Of a DNA stretch of 64,000 nucleotides, positions 34,419 through 44,848 are shown in pieces. The stretch is from NCBI RefSeq assembly GCF_003334355.1, contig NZ_QOWP01000001.1; one strand, written 5' to 3'. Position 1 is the stretch's first letter, and each line of letters starts with the position of its first letter. The notes below the pieces were generated by a model, which saw only the letters and a list, made by a program, of their open reading frames with translations, was not told the DNA's origin and searched no databases. The translations under genes and the position numbers were made by a program. This DNA is from Escherichia coli. Lineage in GTDB: Bacteria > Pseudomonadota > Gammaproteobacteria > Enterobacterales > Enterobacteriaceae.

Positions 34419-35900
34419 ATGAAGAAATTGCTCCCCATTCTTATCGGCCTGAGCCTTTCTGGGTTCAGTTCGTTGAGCCAGGCCGAGAACCTGATGCAAG
34501 TTTATCAGCAAGCACGCCTTAGTAACCCGGAATTGCGTAAGTCTGCCGCCGATCGTGATGCTGCCTTTGAAAAAATTAATGAAGCGCGCAGTCCATTACT
34601 GCCACAGCTAGGTTTAGGTGCAGATTACACCTATAGCAACGGCTACCGCGACGCGAACGGCATCAACTCTAACGCGACCAGTGCGTCCTTGCAGTTAACT
34701 CAATCCATTTTTGATATGTCGAAATGGCGTGCGTTAACGCTGCAGGAAAAAGCAGCAGGGATTCAGGACGTCACGTATCAGACCGATCAGCAAACCTTGA
34801 TCCTCAACACCGCGACCGCTTATTTCAACGTGTTGAATGCTATTGACGTTCTTTCCTATACACAGGCACAAAAAGAAGCGATCTACCGTCAATTAGATCA
34901 AACCACCCAACGTTTTAACGTGGGCCTGGTAGCGATCACCGACGTGCAGAACGCCCGCGCACAGTACGATACCGTGCTGGCGAACGAAGTGACCGCACGT
35001 AATAACCTTGATAACGCGGTAGAGCAGCTGCGCCAGATCACCGGTAACTACTATCCGGAACTGGCTGCGCTGAATGTCGAAAACTTTAAAACCGACAAAC
35101 CACAGCCGGTTAACGCGCTGCTGAAAGAAGCCGAAAAACGCAACCTGTCGCTGTTACAGGCACGCTTGAGCCAGGACCTGGCGCGCGAGCAAATTCGCCA
35201 GGCGCAGGATGGTCACTTACCGACTCTGGATTTAACGGCTTCTACCGGGATTTCTGACACCTCTTATAGCGGTTCGAAAACCCGTGGTGCCGCTGGTACC
35301 CAGTATGACGATAGCAATATGGGCCAGAACAAAGTTGGCCTGAGCTTCTCGCTGCCGATTTATCAGGGCGGAATGGTTAACTCGCAGGTGAAACAGGCAC
35401 AGTACAACTTTGTCGGTGCCAGCGAGCAACTGGAAAGTGCCCATCGTAGCGTCGTGCAGACCGTGCGTTCCTCCTTCAACAACATTAATGCATCTATCAG
35501 TAGCATTAACGCCTACAAACAAGCCGTAGTTTCCGCTCAAAGCTCATTAGACGCGATGGAAGCGGGCTACTCGGTCGGTACGCGTACCATTGTTGATGTG
35601 TTGGATGCGACCACCACGTTGTACAACGCCAAGCAAGAGCTGGCGAATGCGCGTTATAACTACCTGATTAATCAGCTGAATATTAAGTCAGCCCTGGGTA
35701 CGTTGAACGAGCAGGATCTGCTGGCACTGAACAATGCGCTGAGCAAACCGGTTTCCACTAATCCGGAAAACGTTGCCCCGCAAACGCCGGAACAGAATGC
35801 TATTGCTGATGGTTATGCGCCTGATAGCCCGGCCCCCGTCGTTCAGCAAACATCCGCACGCACTACCACCAGTAACGGTCATAACCCTTTCCGTAACTGA
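34419..35900 (+). CDS. tolC: Outer membrane efflux channel TolC
   Basis: ORF trimmed to the ATG giving 493 aa (MKKLLPILIGLSLSGFSSLSQA signal, then ENLMQVYQQARLSNPELRKS...). Confidence 0.97.
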   Translation: MKKLLPILIGLSLSGFSSLSQAENLMQVYQQARLSNPELRKSAADRDAAFEKINEARSPLLPQLGLGADYTYSNGYRDANGINSNATSASLQLTQSIFDMSKWRALTLQEKAAGIQDVTYQTDQQTLILNTATAYFNVLNAIDVLSYTQAQKEAIYRQLDQTTQRFNVGLVAITDVQNARAQYDTVLANEVTARNNLDNAVEQLRQITGNYYPELAALNVENFKTDKPQPVNALLKEAEKRNLSLLQARLSQDLAREQIRQAQDGHLPTLDLTASTGISDTSYSGSKTRGAAGTQYDDSNMGQNKVGLSFSLPIYQGGMVNSQVKQAQYNFVGASEQLESAHRSVVQTVRSSFNNINASISSINAYKQAVVSAQSSLDAMEAGYSVGTRTIVDVLDATTTLYNAKQELANARYNYLINQLNIKSALGTLNEQDLLALNNALSKPVSTNPENVAPQTPEQNAIADGYAPDSPAPVVQQTSARTTTSNGHNPFRN

Positions 35901-35907
35901 TGACGAC

Positions 35908-35927
35908 GACGGGGCTTCGGCCCCGTC
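35908..35927 (+). terminator. GC-rich hairpin after tolC
   Basis: GACGGGGC-TTCG-GCCCCGTC directly after the tolC stop; no strong T-tract follows, so it may be a stabiliser or weak terminator. Confidence 0.45.
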
Positions 35928-36047
35928 TGAACGTAAGGCAACGTAAAGATACGGGTTATCTGCCGCATTCTTCCCCCTTCTCGCTTCAATTTCGACCAGC
36001 CATCCTCTATTCTGATGGGTATTTACCACTGGTCCCGGAAGACAAAA

Positions 36048-36719
36048 ATGAAACGGACAAAATCCATACGCCACGCATCGTTCCGCAAAAACTGGAGCGC
36101 ACGCCATCTGACACCAGTCGCTCTCGCGGTTGCCACTGTTTTTATGCTGGCTGGCTGTGAAAAGAGTGATGAAACAGTGTCTCTCTATCAAAATGCTGAC
36201 GACTGTTCAGCTGCAAACCCAGGCAAAAGCGCCGAATGTACCACCGCGTACAACAATGCGCTGAAAGAAGCCGAACGTACTGCGCCGAAATACGCCACCC
36301 GTGAAGACTGTGTTGCTGAATTTGGTGAAGGTCAGTGCCAGCAGGCACCAGCCCAGGCTGGCATGGCACCAGAAAACCAGGCGCAGGCCCAGCAATCCAG
36401 CGGGAGTTTCTGGATGCCGCTGATGGCCGGTTACATGATGGGGCGTCTGATGGGCGGCGGCGCGGGATTTGCACAGCAGCCGCTGTTCTCCTCGAAAAAC
36501 CCAGCCAGTCCGGCTTACGGTAAATATACCGACGCGACGGGTAAAAACTATGGCGCAGCCCAGCCAGGCCGCACCATGACCGTACCGAAGACGGCAATGG
36601 CACCAAAACCGGCGACCACCACTACCGTTACCCGTGGCGGTTTTGGTGAATCTGTTGCCAAACAAAGCACTATGCAGCGTAGTGCAACCGGTACCTCTTC
36701 TCGTTCAATGGGTGGCTGA
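36048..36719 (+). CDS. ygiB: DUF1190 family lipoprotein YgiB
   Basis: ORF trimmed to 223 aa ([37 protein letters not shown]..., lipobox LAGC); low-complexity Gln/Ala/Gly/Met-rich middle. Confidence 0.85.
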
Positions 36720-36724
36720 TACCG

Positions 36725-37885
36725 ATGGAAAGAGTCAGTATTACCGAGCGCCCGGACTGGCGTGAGAAAGCCCACGAATACGGTTTCAATTTTCACACCA
36801 TGTACGGCGAGCCGTACTGGTGTGAAGATGCTTACTACAAGTTGACCCTCGCCCAGGTTGAAAAGCTGGAAGAAGTCACCGCCGAACTGCACCAGATGTG
36901 CCTGAAAGTGGTGGAAAAAGTGATCGCCAGCGATGAGCTGATGACCAAATTCCGCATTCCAAAACACACCTGGAGTTTTGTGCGCCAGTCATGGCTGACG
37001 CACCAGCCATCGCTTTATTCTCGTCTTGATCTGGCGTGGGATGGCACTGGTGAACCTAAACTTCTGGAAAATAACGCCGATACGCCAACGTCACTATACG
37101 AGGCGGCGTTCTTTCAGTGGATCTGGCTGGAAGATCAGCTTAACGCCGGTAACTTGCCGGAGGGCAGCGACCAGTTTAACAGTCTGCAAGAAAAACTGAT
37201 CGATCGCTTCGTTGAGCTGCGTGAACAGTATGGCTTCCAGTTGCTGCATCTCACCTGCTGTCGCGACACGGTGGAAGATCGCGGAACCATTCAGTATTTG
37301 CAGGACTGCGCAACGGAAGCTGAAATTGCTACTGAGTTCCTCTACATCGATGATATCGGGTTAGGTGAAAAAGGTCAGTTCACGGATTTACAGGATCAGG
37401 TTATTTCCAACCTGTTCAAGCTGTATCCGTGGGAGTTTATGCTGCGTGAGATGTTCTCCACCAAGCTGGAGGATGCAGGCGTACGCTGGCTGGAACCGGC
37501 GTGGAAGAGCATTATCTCCAACAAGGCACTTCTACCGCTGTTGTGGGAGATGTTCCCGAATCACCCGAACCTGCTGCCCGCTTATTTTGCGGAAGATGAT
37601 CATCCGCAAATGGAAAAATATGTGGTTAAGCCGATCTTCTCCCGTGAAGGCGCAAACGTGTCGATCATTGAGAACGGCAAAACCATTGAAGCAGCGGAAG
37701 GTCCGTATGGCGAAGAAGGAATGATTGTTCAGCAATTCCACCCGTTACCGAAATTCGGCGACAGCTATATGCTGATTGGTAGCTGGCTGGTGAACGATCA
37801 ACCCGCCGGAATTGGCATTCGTGAAGACCGTGCATTGATCACCCAGGATATGTCTCGGTTTTATCCACATATTTTTGTTGAATAA
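36725..37885 (+). CDS. ygiC: Glutathionylspermidine synthetase-like ATP-grasp protein YgiC
   Basis: 386-aa [43 protein letters not shown]...; starts 6 bp after ygiB. Confidence 0.9.
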
Positions 37886-37922
37886 GCCACGATACCGGAT
37901 GGCACTCGCCATCCGGTAATTG

Positions 37923-38711
37923 TTAGCCTATCTGCACCGACAGCATACTCAGGCTGCCCATTTCTATACCCTCAACCGGAATGGTAATTGGCTCCTGCCC
38001 ATCCCACGCACCTAACACATACAACAACGGCAAATAATGCTCTGGCGTTGGGTTCGATAACGTGCCACCTTCATGGTCGAGGTAATTCACCAGAGGATGT
38101 TGTTCCACTAGCCCTTGCCACGTCAGATTCGCTTTCACATACTCATTAAACGACGTCGCCCACGGATACGGTGAACTATCACCGTGCCACTTCACTGTGC
38201 GCAGGTTATGCACCACGTTACCGCTGGCGACCAACATTATTCCTTCATCTCGCAGCGCTGCCAGTTTGCGCCCCATTTCGAAATGCCAGGCGGCAGGTTT
38301 GCTACTGTCGATACTCAACTGCACCATCGGGATATCAGCGTCAGGATACATCTTAATCAGCACGCCCCACGAGCCGTGGTCAAAGCCCCAGGCTTCTTTA
38401 TCCAGCGTCACCGGGATCGGCGCTAACAGCTCAACCAGACGCTGTGCCAGCGCAGGCGAACCCGGAGCAGGATAATGCGTATCGTACAGCGCCTGCGGGA
38501 AGCCACCAAAGTCATGAATCGTGGGCGGCGTCTCCATCGCGGTCACTCCTGTTCCACGGGTAAACCAGTGAGCCGAAACCACCACAATCGCTTGCGGGCG
38601 TGGCAATGTCATCCCCAACTTCTGCCAGCTGCGGGTATACAAATTATCTTCCAGCACGTTCATCGGACTACCGTGACCTAAAAACAATGCTGGCATACGT
38701 GTTGAAGACAT
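37923..38711 (-). CDS. ygiD: Extradiol ring-cleavage dioxygenase family protein YgiD (DOPA dioxygenase-like)
   Basis: ORF trimmed to the internal ATG giving 262 aa (MSSTRMPALFLGHGSPMNVLEDN...); a start 9 codons upstream (MTPLVKDII...) is also possible. Confidence 0.85.
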   Translation of the reverse strand: MSSTRMPALFLGHGSPMNVLEDNLYTRSWQKLGMTLPRPQAIVVVSAHWFTRGTGVTAMETPPTIHDFGGFPQALYDTHYPAPGSPALAQRLVELLAPIPVTLDKEAWGFDHGSWGVLIKMYPDADIPMVQLSIDSSKPAAWHFEMGRKLAALRDEGIMLVASGNVVHNLRTVKWHGDSSPYPWATSFNEYVKANLTWQGLVEQHPLVNYLDHEGGTLSNPTPEHYLPLLYVLGAWDGQEPITIPVEGIEMGSLSMLSVQIG

Positions 38712-38853
38712 GATGATATCCTTAACTAAAGGTGTCATTTTGATATCCTCACAATACGCTTGTTCGGCGGAGTAAGAACCCGGATAACAATGATGATGAT
38801 CATCAGTTATTTTGACGATCTGCCTGAAGGTGAAGATTTATAAGGAGTTGTCG

Positions 38854-39627
38854 ATGTCAGTACCTCTCATTCTGACCATACTGGCGGGGGCAGCCACGTT
38901 TATTGGCGCGTTTCTCGGCGTTCTCGGGCAAAAACCCTCGAACCGCTTACTGGCGTTTTCGCTAGGTTTTGCGGCGGGGATCATGTTGCTCATCTCATTA
39001 ATGGAAATGCTTCCTGCCGCACTAGCAGCTGAAGGAATGTCGCCTGTGTTGGGTTATGGAATGTTTATCTTCGGTCTGCTTGGCTATTTTGGCCTGGACC
39101 GCATGTTGCCACATGCTCATCCGCAGGATTTAATGCAAAAATCGGTGCAGCCGTTGCCAAAATCGATCAAGCGCACAGCCATTCTGCTCACTCTCGGCAT
39201 CAGTCTGCATAACTTCCCGGAAGGGATTGCCACCTTTGTCACGGCGAGCAGCAACCTGGAGCTGGGATTTGGCATCGCACTGGCCGTCGCGTTGCACAAT
39301 ATTCCTGAAGGTCTGGCGGTTGCAGGCCCGGTTTATGCAGCAACGGGTTCTAAACGCACGGCAATTCTGTGGGCGGGGATTTCTGGATTGGCAGAAATTC
39401 TTGGTGGTGTGCTGGCGTGGTTAATCCTCGGTAGCATGATTTCCCCGGTGGTCATGGCGGCAATCATGGCGGCGGTTGCAGGAATTATGGTGGCGCTCTC
39501 GGTTGATGAATTAATGCCGCTCGCCAAAGAGATTGACCCTAATAATAACCCCAGCTATGGCGTACTATGTGGAATGTCAGTGATGGGATTCAGTTTAGTG
39601 CTGCTACAAACGGCGGGAATTGGTTAA
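38854..39627 (+). CDS. zupT: Zinc transporter ZupT (ZIP family)
   Basis: ORF trimmed to 257 aa ([23 protein letters not shown]...); AAGGAG Shine-Dalgarno 7 nt upstream; ZIP-like HNxPEG motifs. Confidence 0.93.
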
Positions 39628-39684
39628 AAACAACATCAGAAGTTGTCCAGCACATGGACAACTTCTGCCAGCTTCACGAAAGCC

Positions 39685-39855
39685 TTATTCTACCTTTTCG
39701 GCTGTCTCTTCTCTCGTACTGTTTAAGTATTTGTTCCGCGCTTCAAGCAGTGCGTCTCTGTCCTGGCGAAACGCCCGACAATAACGTTTCAAATGCAGGA
39801 AATAACCCACCACAACCAGAGCAATCAATACAATCCAGTACCAGGCGATAAACAT
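39685..39855 (-). CDS. Candidate small single-pass membrane protein (56 aa), unassigned
   Basis: ATG at 39855 preceded by AAGGG about 6 nt upstream; MFIAWYWIVLIALVVVGYFLHLKRYCRAFRQDRDALLEARNKYLNSTREETAEKVE: one hydrophobic helix then a charged tail. No homology assessed. Confidence 0.35.
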   Translation of the reverse strand: MFIAWYWIVLIALVVVGYFLHLKRYCRAFRQDRDALLEARNKYLNSTREETAEKVE

Positions 39856-40056
39856 CCTTTTACCCTTAATATTTAACAATACTAAACATTTAGCGCATAA
39901 ATTTCACATATCCTTTTTCGGATATATTCATATGGTCGCATAATAACGGAACAATTATATGATTTTGATCATAATGAAAAAGAATGCCTGATATTAATGA
40001 AATTTTCTCATAGAAAGAGAAGCGGAATTAACATCTTGCATAGCAGGGAAAAATAA

Positions 40057-40084
40057 AAACCGAAGCCTGCTACAACTTCGGTTT
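40057..40084. terminator. Bidirectional intrinsic terminator downstream of ribB
   Basis: A-run, stem AAACCGAAG / CTTCGGTTT with a 10-nt loop, then T-run; lies about 35 bp past the ribB stop. Confidence 0.6.
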
Positions 40085-40116
40085 CTTGATTAAGGCAGTA
40101 AATTAAGCAGCGGTTT

Positions 40117-40770
40117 TCAGCTGGCTTTACGCTCATGTGCCTGACGGTATGCCACCAAGTCTTCAATAGTCACGAGCGCCATGTTGTGTTTATTGGCAAA
40201 CTCAATGCACTCTGGTGCACGCGCCATCGTGCCATCGTCATTAGTCAGCTCACACAGCACACCAGCCGGTTTAAAGCCTGCCAGCGTCATCAAATCAATA
40301 GTCGCTTCAGTATGACCGCCACGCGTCAGTACACCACCTGCCTGCGCGCGAAGTGGGAAAACGTGGCCCGGGCGATTCAGATCAGAAGGTTTTGCGCCAT
40401 CGGCAATCGCTGCGCGAACGGTCGTAATACGATCAGCGGCAGAAACACCGGTAGTCACACCTTCAGCCGCTTCAATGGTCACGGTAAAACCGGTGCCATA
40501 GGCGCTGGTGTTATTTTCTACCATCATTGGCAGATCAAGTTGTTTACGGCGATCTTCAGTGATGCACAGGCAAACAATACCGCTACCGTGGCGAATGGTC
40601 AGCGCCATCTGCTCAACGGTCATGGTTTCTGCCGGGAAGATCATATCGCCTTCGTTTTCACGGTCTTCATCATCAAGCACCATTACACCGCGTCCTTCAC
40701 GCAGCGCAGCCAGTGCATTTTCAACACGTTCGAAAGGCGTACCAAAAGAGGAAAGTAGCGTCTGATTCAT
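40117..40770 (-). CDS. ribB: 3,4-dihydroxy-2-butanone 4-phosphate synthase RibB
   Basis: 217-aa [48 protein letters not shown]... Confidence 0.95.
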   Translation of the reverse strand: MNQTLLSSFGTPFERVENALAALREGRGVMVLDDEDRENEGDMIFPAETMTVEQMALTIRHGSGIVCLCITEDRRKQLDLPMMVENNTSAYGTGFTVTIEAAEGVTTGVSAADRITTVRAAIADGAKPSDLNRPGHVFPLRAQAGGVLTRGGHTEATIDLMTLAGFKPAGVLCELTNDDGTMARAPECIEFANKHNMALVTIEDLVAYRQAHERKAS

Positions 40771-40869
40771 GGTAAAAAAACCTCACTAAAATTATGGTTA
40801 CCAGAATCAGGGCAGTCTTAGGAGTGGCGGCATATAGCCAAAATAACGTGAGCGGGTCCATGCCCGACA

Positions 40870-41025
40870 GAATCGTTACTCTCTCCCATCCGGACTCTAA
40901 CCGTCGGCCCCGGAATTACACCGGATCTGCTGTCCTTTGAGTTCGCACTCAAAGCGCTCGCGGGCTTTCAACCAAGTTGATTTACCGCCGGTGGGGAATT
41001 TCGCCCCGCCCTGAGAATAAGCGGA
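40870..41025 (-). promoter_or_regulatory. FMN riboswitch (RFN element) in the ribB 5' leader
   Basis: Minus-strand leader contains the conserved RFN blocks ...GGGGCGAAATTCCCCACCGGCGGTA...AGCCCGCGAGCG...GGACAGCAGATCCGGTGTAATTCCGGGGCCGACGGTTAGAGTCCGGATGGGAGA..., upstream of the riboflavin-pathway gene ribB. Confidence 0.85.
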
Positions 41026-41143
41026 TTCACTATAACGCTAATGATTAGCGGCAGCAACGCATAGCTTCACATAATTCTGGTTTATGACTTACCCTTATCG
41101 CACTACAATGGCACTCAACACCTATCAGTACAGGGAAACTACA

Positions 41144-41434
41144 ATGATTGACCCGAAAAAAATTGAGCAAATCGCTCGCCAGGTTCACGAATCAATGCCT
41201 AAAGGAATCAGGGAGTTCGGGGAAGATGTGGAGAAAAAAATCCGCCAAACCCTACAAGCGCAGCTGACGCGCCTCGACCTTGTAAGCCGTGAAGAGTTCG
41301 ACGTCCAAACGCAAGTCCTGTTACGGACTCGTGAGAAACTGGCGCTGCTTGAACAAAGAATCAGCGAACTGGAAAATCGCAGTACTGAGATCAAAAAGCA
41401 GCCAGATCCAGAGACTCTCCCCCCAACGCTGTAA
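41144..41434 (+). CDS. ubiK: Ubiquinone biosynthesis accessory factor UbiK (YqiC, BMFP family)
   Basis: ORF trimmed to the ATG giving 96 aa ([35 protein letters not shown]...); coiled-coil character. Confidence 0.85.
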
Positions 41435-41450
41435 ACATTTGTCTTTAATG

Positions 41451-41496
41451 CACTGTAAATTATGAATTAATCCTCTAATTTACAGTGTTTTCTATT
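41451..41496 (+). terminator. Hairpin plus T-tract after ubiK
   Basis: CACTGTAAATT / AATTTACAGTG perfect 11-bp inverted repeat with a 15-nt loop, followed by TTTTCTATT; AT-rich stem, so it could instead be a protein-binding palindrome. Confidence 0.45.
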
Positions 41497-41717
41497 ACAT
41501 TATCGCTTAATCCCATTCAGAGTATCATCACAAAAATGAATGATTGCAATTGAAAATATAATTGTTATGTATTCTTTAAGTTTTACTTAATCGATATTTA
41601 GATAAACTAATTTTATAAAAATCACAAAACAAAATATAATATTTTAATGATTGGTAGTCCTTAAATAACAGTTACTAATCATTCTCTTTTTTACTTATCT
41701 TTATATAAAGGAATATT

Positions 41718-42269
41718 ATGTCTGCTTTTAAAAAGTCACTTCTTGTTGCTGGTGTAGCAATGATTCTTTCCAATAACGTGTTTGCTGATGAAGGTCACGG
41801 TATTGTTAAATTTAAAGGTGAAGTTATCTCTGCTCCATGTTCTATTAAACCAGGTGACGAAGATTTAACTGTAAATCTGGGTGAAGTAGCAGATACCGTA
41901 CTGAAAAGCGATCAGAAATCTTTGGCGGAACCTTTCACTATTCACCTGCAGGACTGCATGCTGAGTCAGGGTGGAACTACTTATTCAAAAGCGAAGGTTA
42001 CTTTCACTACAGCAAATACCATGACGGGTCAGTCTGATCTTCTGAAAAATACCAAAGAAACTGAAATCGGCGGCGCCACTGGCGTTGGCGTACGTATTCT
42101 GGACAGCCAGAGCGGCGAAGTAACTTTAGGTACTCCGGTAGTAATTACGTTCAACAATACCAACAGCTATCAGGAACTGAATTTCAAAGCTCGTATGGAA
42201 TCCCCAAGCAAAGATGCCACCCCGGGCAACGTTTACGCTCAGGCTGACTACAAGATTGCTTACGAGTAA
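41718..42269 (+). CDS. ygiL: Fimbrial major subunit (type 1 pilin-like) YgiL
   Basis: 183-aa ORF with signal peptide MSAFKKSLLVAGVAMILSNNVFA; AAAGGA Shine-Dalgarno; AT-rich upstream region. Confidence 0.85.
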   Translation: MSAFKKSLLVAGVAMILSNNVFADEGHGIVKFKGEVISAPCSIKPGDEDLTVNLGEVADTVLKSDQKSLAEPFTIHLQDCMLSQGGTTYSKAKVTFTTANTMTGQSDLLKNTKETEIGGATGVGVRILDSQSGEVTLGTPVVITFNNTNSYQELNFKARMESPSKDATPGNVYAQADYKIAYE

Positions 42270-42319
42270 TCGCATTTGGCCGGGTTCACCCGGCCACATC
42301 ATTAACGGATTAATGATAA

Positions 42320-44827
42320 GTGGATCAGATGTATAAAAAATTAAAATTAACCACAATAAGCGAATTGATTAAAAATATTTATTGTTCATTATCCGTTATC
42401 ATCATTGGTTGTGCGTCAGCTTATGCCGTTGAATTCAACAAAGATTTAATCGAAGCCGAAGATCGTGAAAACGTTAACCTTTCCCAATTTGAAACTGATG
42501 GCCAATTACCCGTCGGCAAATATTCACTAAGCACTCTGATTAATAATAAGAGGACGCCAATCCACCTTGACCTCCAATGGGTATTAATTGATAACCTAAC
42601 TGCAGTTTGCGTGACACCAGAGCAATTAACATTATTAGGCTTTACTGATGAGATTATTGAAGAGGCTCAGCAAAACCTGATCGATGGTTGTTACCCTATC
42701 GAAAAAGAAAAACAAATTACAACTTATCTCGATAAAGGGAAAATGCAATTATCCATATCTGCACCTCAGGCATGGTTAAAATACAAAGATGCAAACTGGA
42801 CGCCTCCTGAACTTTGGGATCATGGTATTGCTGGGGCATTTCTTGACTACAATTTATATGCCTCTCATTATGCACCACATCAGGGCGATAATTCACAAAA
42901 TATAAGTTCCTATGGGCAGGCTGGGGTTAATCTTGGGGCCTGGCGCCTGCGTACTGATTACCAGTACGATCAGTCATTTAACAATGGCAAAAGCCAGGCG
43001 AACAACCTGGATTTTCCGCGTATTTATTTGTTTCGCCCAATCCCAGCAATTAATGCAAAACTAACTATAGGTCAATACGATACTGAATCCTCTATTTTCG
43101 ACTCTTTCCATTTTTCTGGCGTTTCGTTGAAAAGCGATGAGAATATGTTGCCGCCTGATCTACGTGGTTACGCACCGCAAATCACGGGTGTTGCACAAAC
43201 GAATGCAAAGGTCACTGTCTCACAGAACAACCGTATTATTTATCAAGAAAACGTTCCTCCAGGCCCATTTTCTATTACCAATTTATTCAATACATTACAG
43301 GGGCAACTGGACGTCAAGGTTGAAGAAGAGGACGGGCGCGTCACGCAATGGCAAGTTGCATCTAATAGCATTCCTTATCTGACGCGTAAAGGGCAGATTC
43401 GCTACACTACTGCAATGGGGAAACCGACCAGCGTTGGCGGCGATTCCTTACAACAGCCCTTCTTCTGGACCGGTGAATTCTCATGGGGTTGGCTGAACAA
43501 TGTATCCCTGTATGGTGGTTCAGTATTAACAAACCGTGATTATCAATCCCTGGCTACCGGAGTTGGTTTTAACCTTAACTCGTTGGGCTCATTATCCTTT
43601 GATGTCACGCGATCTGATGCTCAGTTACATAATCAGAATAAAGAAACGGGTTATAGCTACCGTGCTAACTATTCAAAACGTTTTGAATCTACCGGTAGCC
43701 AGCTCACTTTCGCTGGCTACCGTTTCTCTGATAAAAACTTTGTGTCGATGAATGAATATATCAATGACACTAACCATTACACGAATTATCAGAATGAAAA
43801 AGAGAGTTATATTGTCACGTTTAACCAGTATCTTGAATCATTGAGATTAAATACATACGTAAGTCTGGCTCGTAATACTTACTGGGACGCCAGCAGTAAT
43901 GTGAATTATTCATTATCACTTAGCCGCGATTTTGATATCGGCCCATTAAAAAACGTATCCACCTCACTAACATTTAGCCGAATAAACTGGGAAGATGACA
44001 ACCAGGATCAACTGTACCTAAATATTTCAATTCCCTGGGGAACCAGTAGAACATTGAGCTATGGTATGCAACGAAATCAGGATAACAACATTTCGCATAC
44101 TGCTTCGTGGTATGACTCTTCCGATCGAAATAATTCCTGGAGCGTTTCTGCTTCAGGCGACAATGACGAATTTAAAGATATGGAGGCGTCACTGCGCGCC
44201 AGTTATCAGCATAATACCGAGAACGGTCGTCTCTATCTCTCCGGTACATCACAGCGGGATAGCTACTATTCTCTGAATGCCAGTTGGAACGGTTCATTCA
44301 CTGCAACTCGCCACGGCGCCGCTTTCCATGACTATAGTGGTAGTGCTGACTCGCGTTTTATGATCGACGCAGACGGCGCTGAAGATATTCCGTTGAATAA
44401 TAAACGCGCGGTAACTAATCGGTATGGCATCGGAGTTATTCCATCAGTCAGCAGTTACATAACAACATCATTAAGCGTTGATACCCGAAATCTTCCAGAA
44501 AATGTGGATATCGAAAACTCGGTTATCACCACCACCTTAACCGAAGGTGCTATTGGCTACGCCAAACTTGATACCCGCAAGGGCTATCAAATCATGGGGG
44601 TTATTCGCCTGGCAGATGGTAGTCACCCACCACTGGGGATTAGCGTAAAAGATGAAACCAGCCACAAAGAATTAGGACTTGTTGCTGATGGCGGCTTTGT
44701 ATACCTCAACGGCATTCAGGATGACAGCAAACTTACTTTACGCTGGGGTGACAAATCTTGCTTTATTCAACCACCCAAGAGCAGCAACTTAACCACCGGA
44801 ACGGTGATTTTACCGTGTATTAGCTAA
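42320..44827 (+). CDS. yqiG: Fimbrial outer-membrane usher YqiG, uninterrupted
   Basis: 835-aa ORF from a GTG (first ATG at 42329); usher-sized with usher-like conserved region; continuous frame with no inserted element. Confidence 0.88.
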   Translation: MDQMYKKLKLTTISELIKNIYCSLSVIIIGCASAYAVEFNKDLIEAEDRENVNLSQFETDGQLPVGKYSLSTLINNKRTPIHLDLQWVLIDNLTAVCVTPEQLTLLGFTDEIIEEAQQNLIDGCYPIEKEKQITTYLDKGKMQLSISAPQAWLKYKDANWTPPELWDHGIAGAFLDYNLYASHYAPHQGDNSQNISSYGQAGVNLGAWRLRTDYQYDQSFNNGKSQANNLDFPRIYLFRPIPAINAKLTIGQYDTESSIFDSFHFSGVSLKSDENMLPPDLRGYAPQITGVAQTNAKVTVSQNNRIIYQENVPPGPFSITNLFNTLQGQLDVKVEEEDGRVTQWQVASNSIPYLTRKGQIRYTTAMGKPTSVGGDSLQQPFFWTGEFSWGWLNNVSLYGGSVLTNRDYQSLATGVGFNLNSLGSLSFDVTRSDAQLHNQNKETGYSYRANYSKRFESTGSQLTFAGYRFSDKNFVSMNEYINDTNHYTNYQNEKESYIVTFNQYLESLRLNTYVSLARNTYWDASSNVNYSLSLSRDFDIGPLKNVSTSLTFSRINWEDDNQDQLYLNISIPWGTSRTLSYGMQRNQDNNISHTASWYDSSDRNNSWSVSASGDNDEFKDMEASLRASYQHNTENGRLYLSGTSQRDSYYSLNASWNGSFTATRHGAAFHDYSGSADSRFMIDADGAEDIPLNNKRAVTNRYGIGVIPSVSSYITTSLSVDTRNLPENVDIENSVITTTLTEGAIGYAKLDTRKGYQIMGVIRLADGSHPPLGISVKDETSHKELGLVADGGFVYLNGIQDDSKLTLRWGDKSCFIQPPKSSNLTTGTVILPCIS

Positions 44828-44848
44828 AATTAATTCAGGATGAAACTA

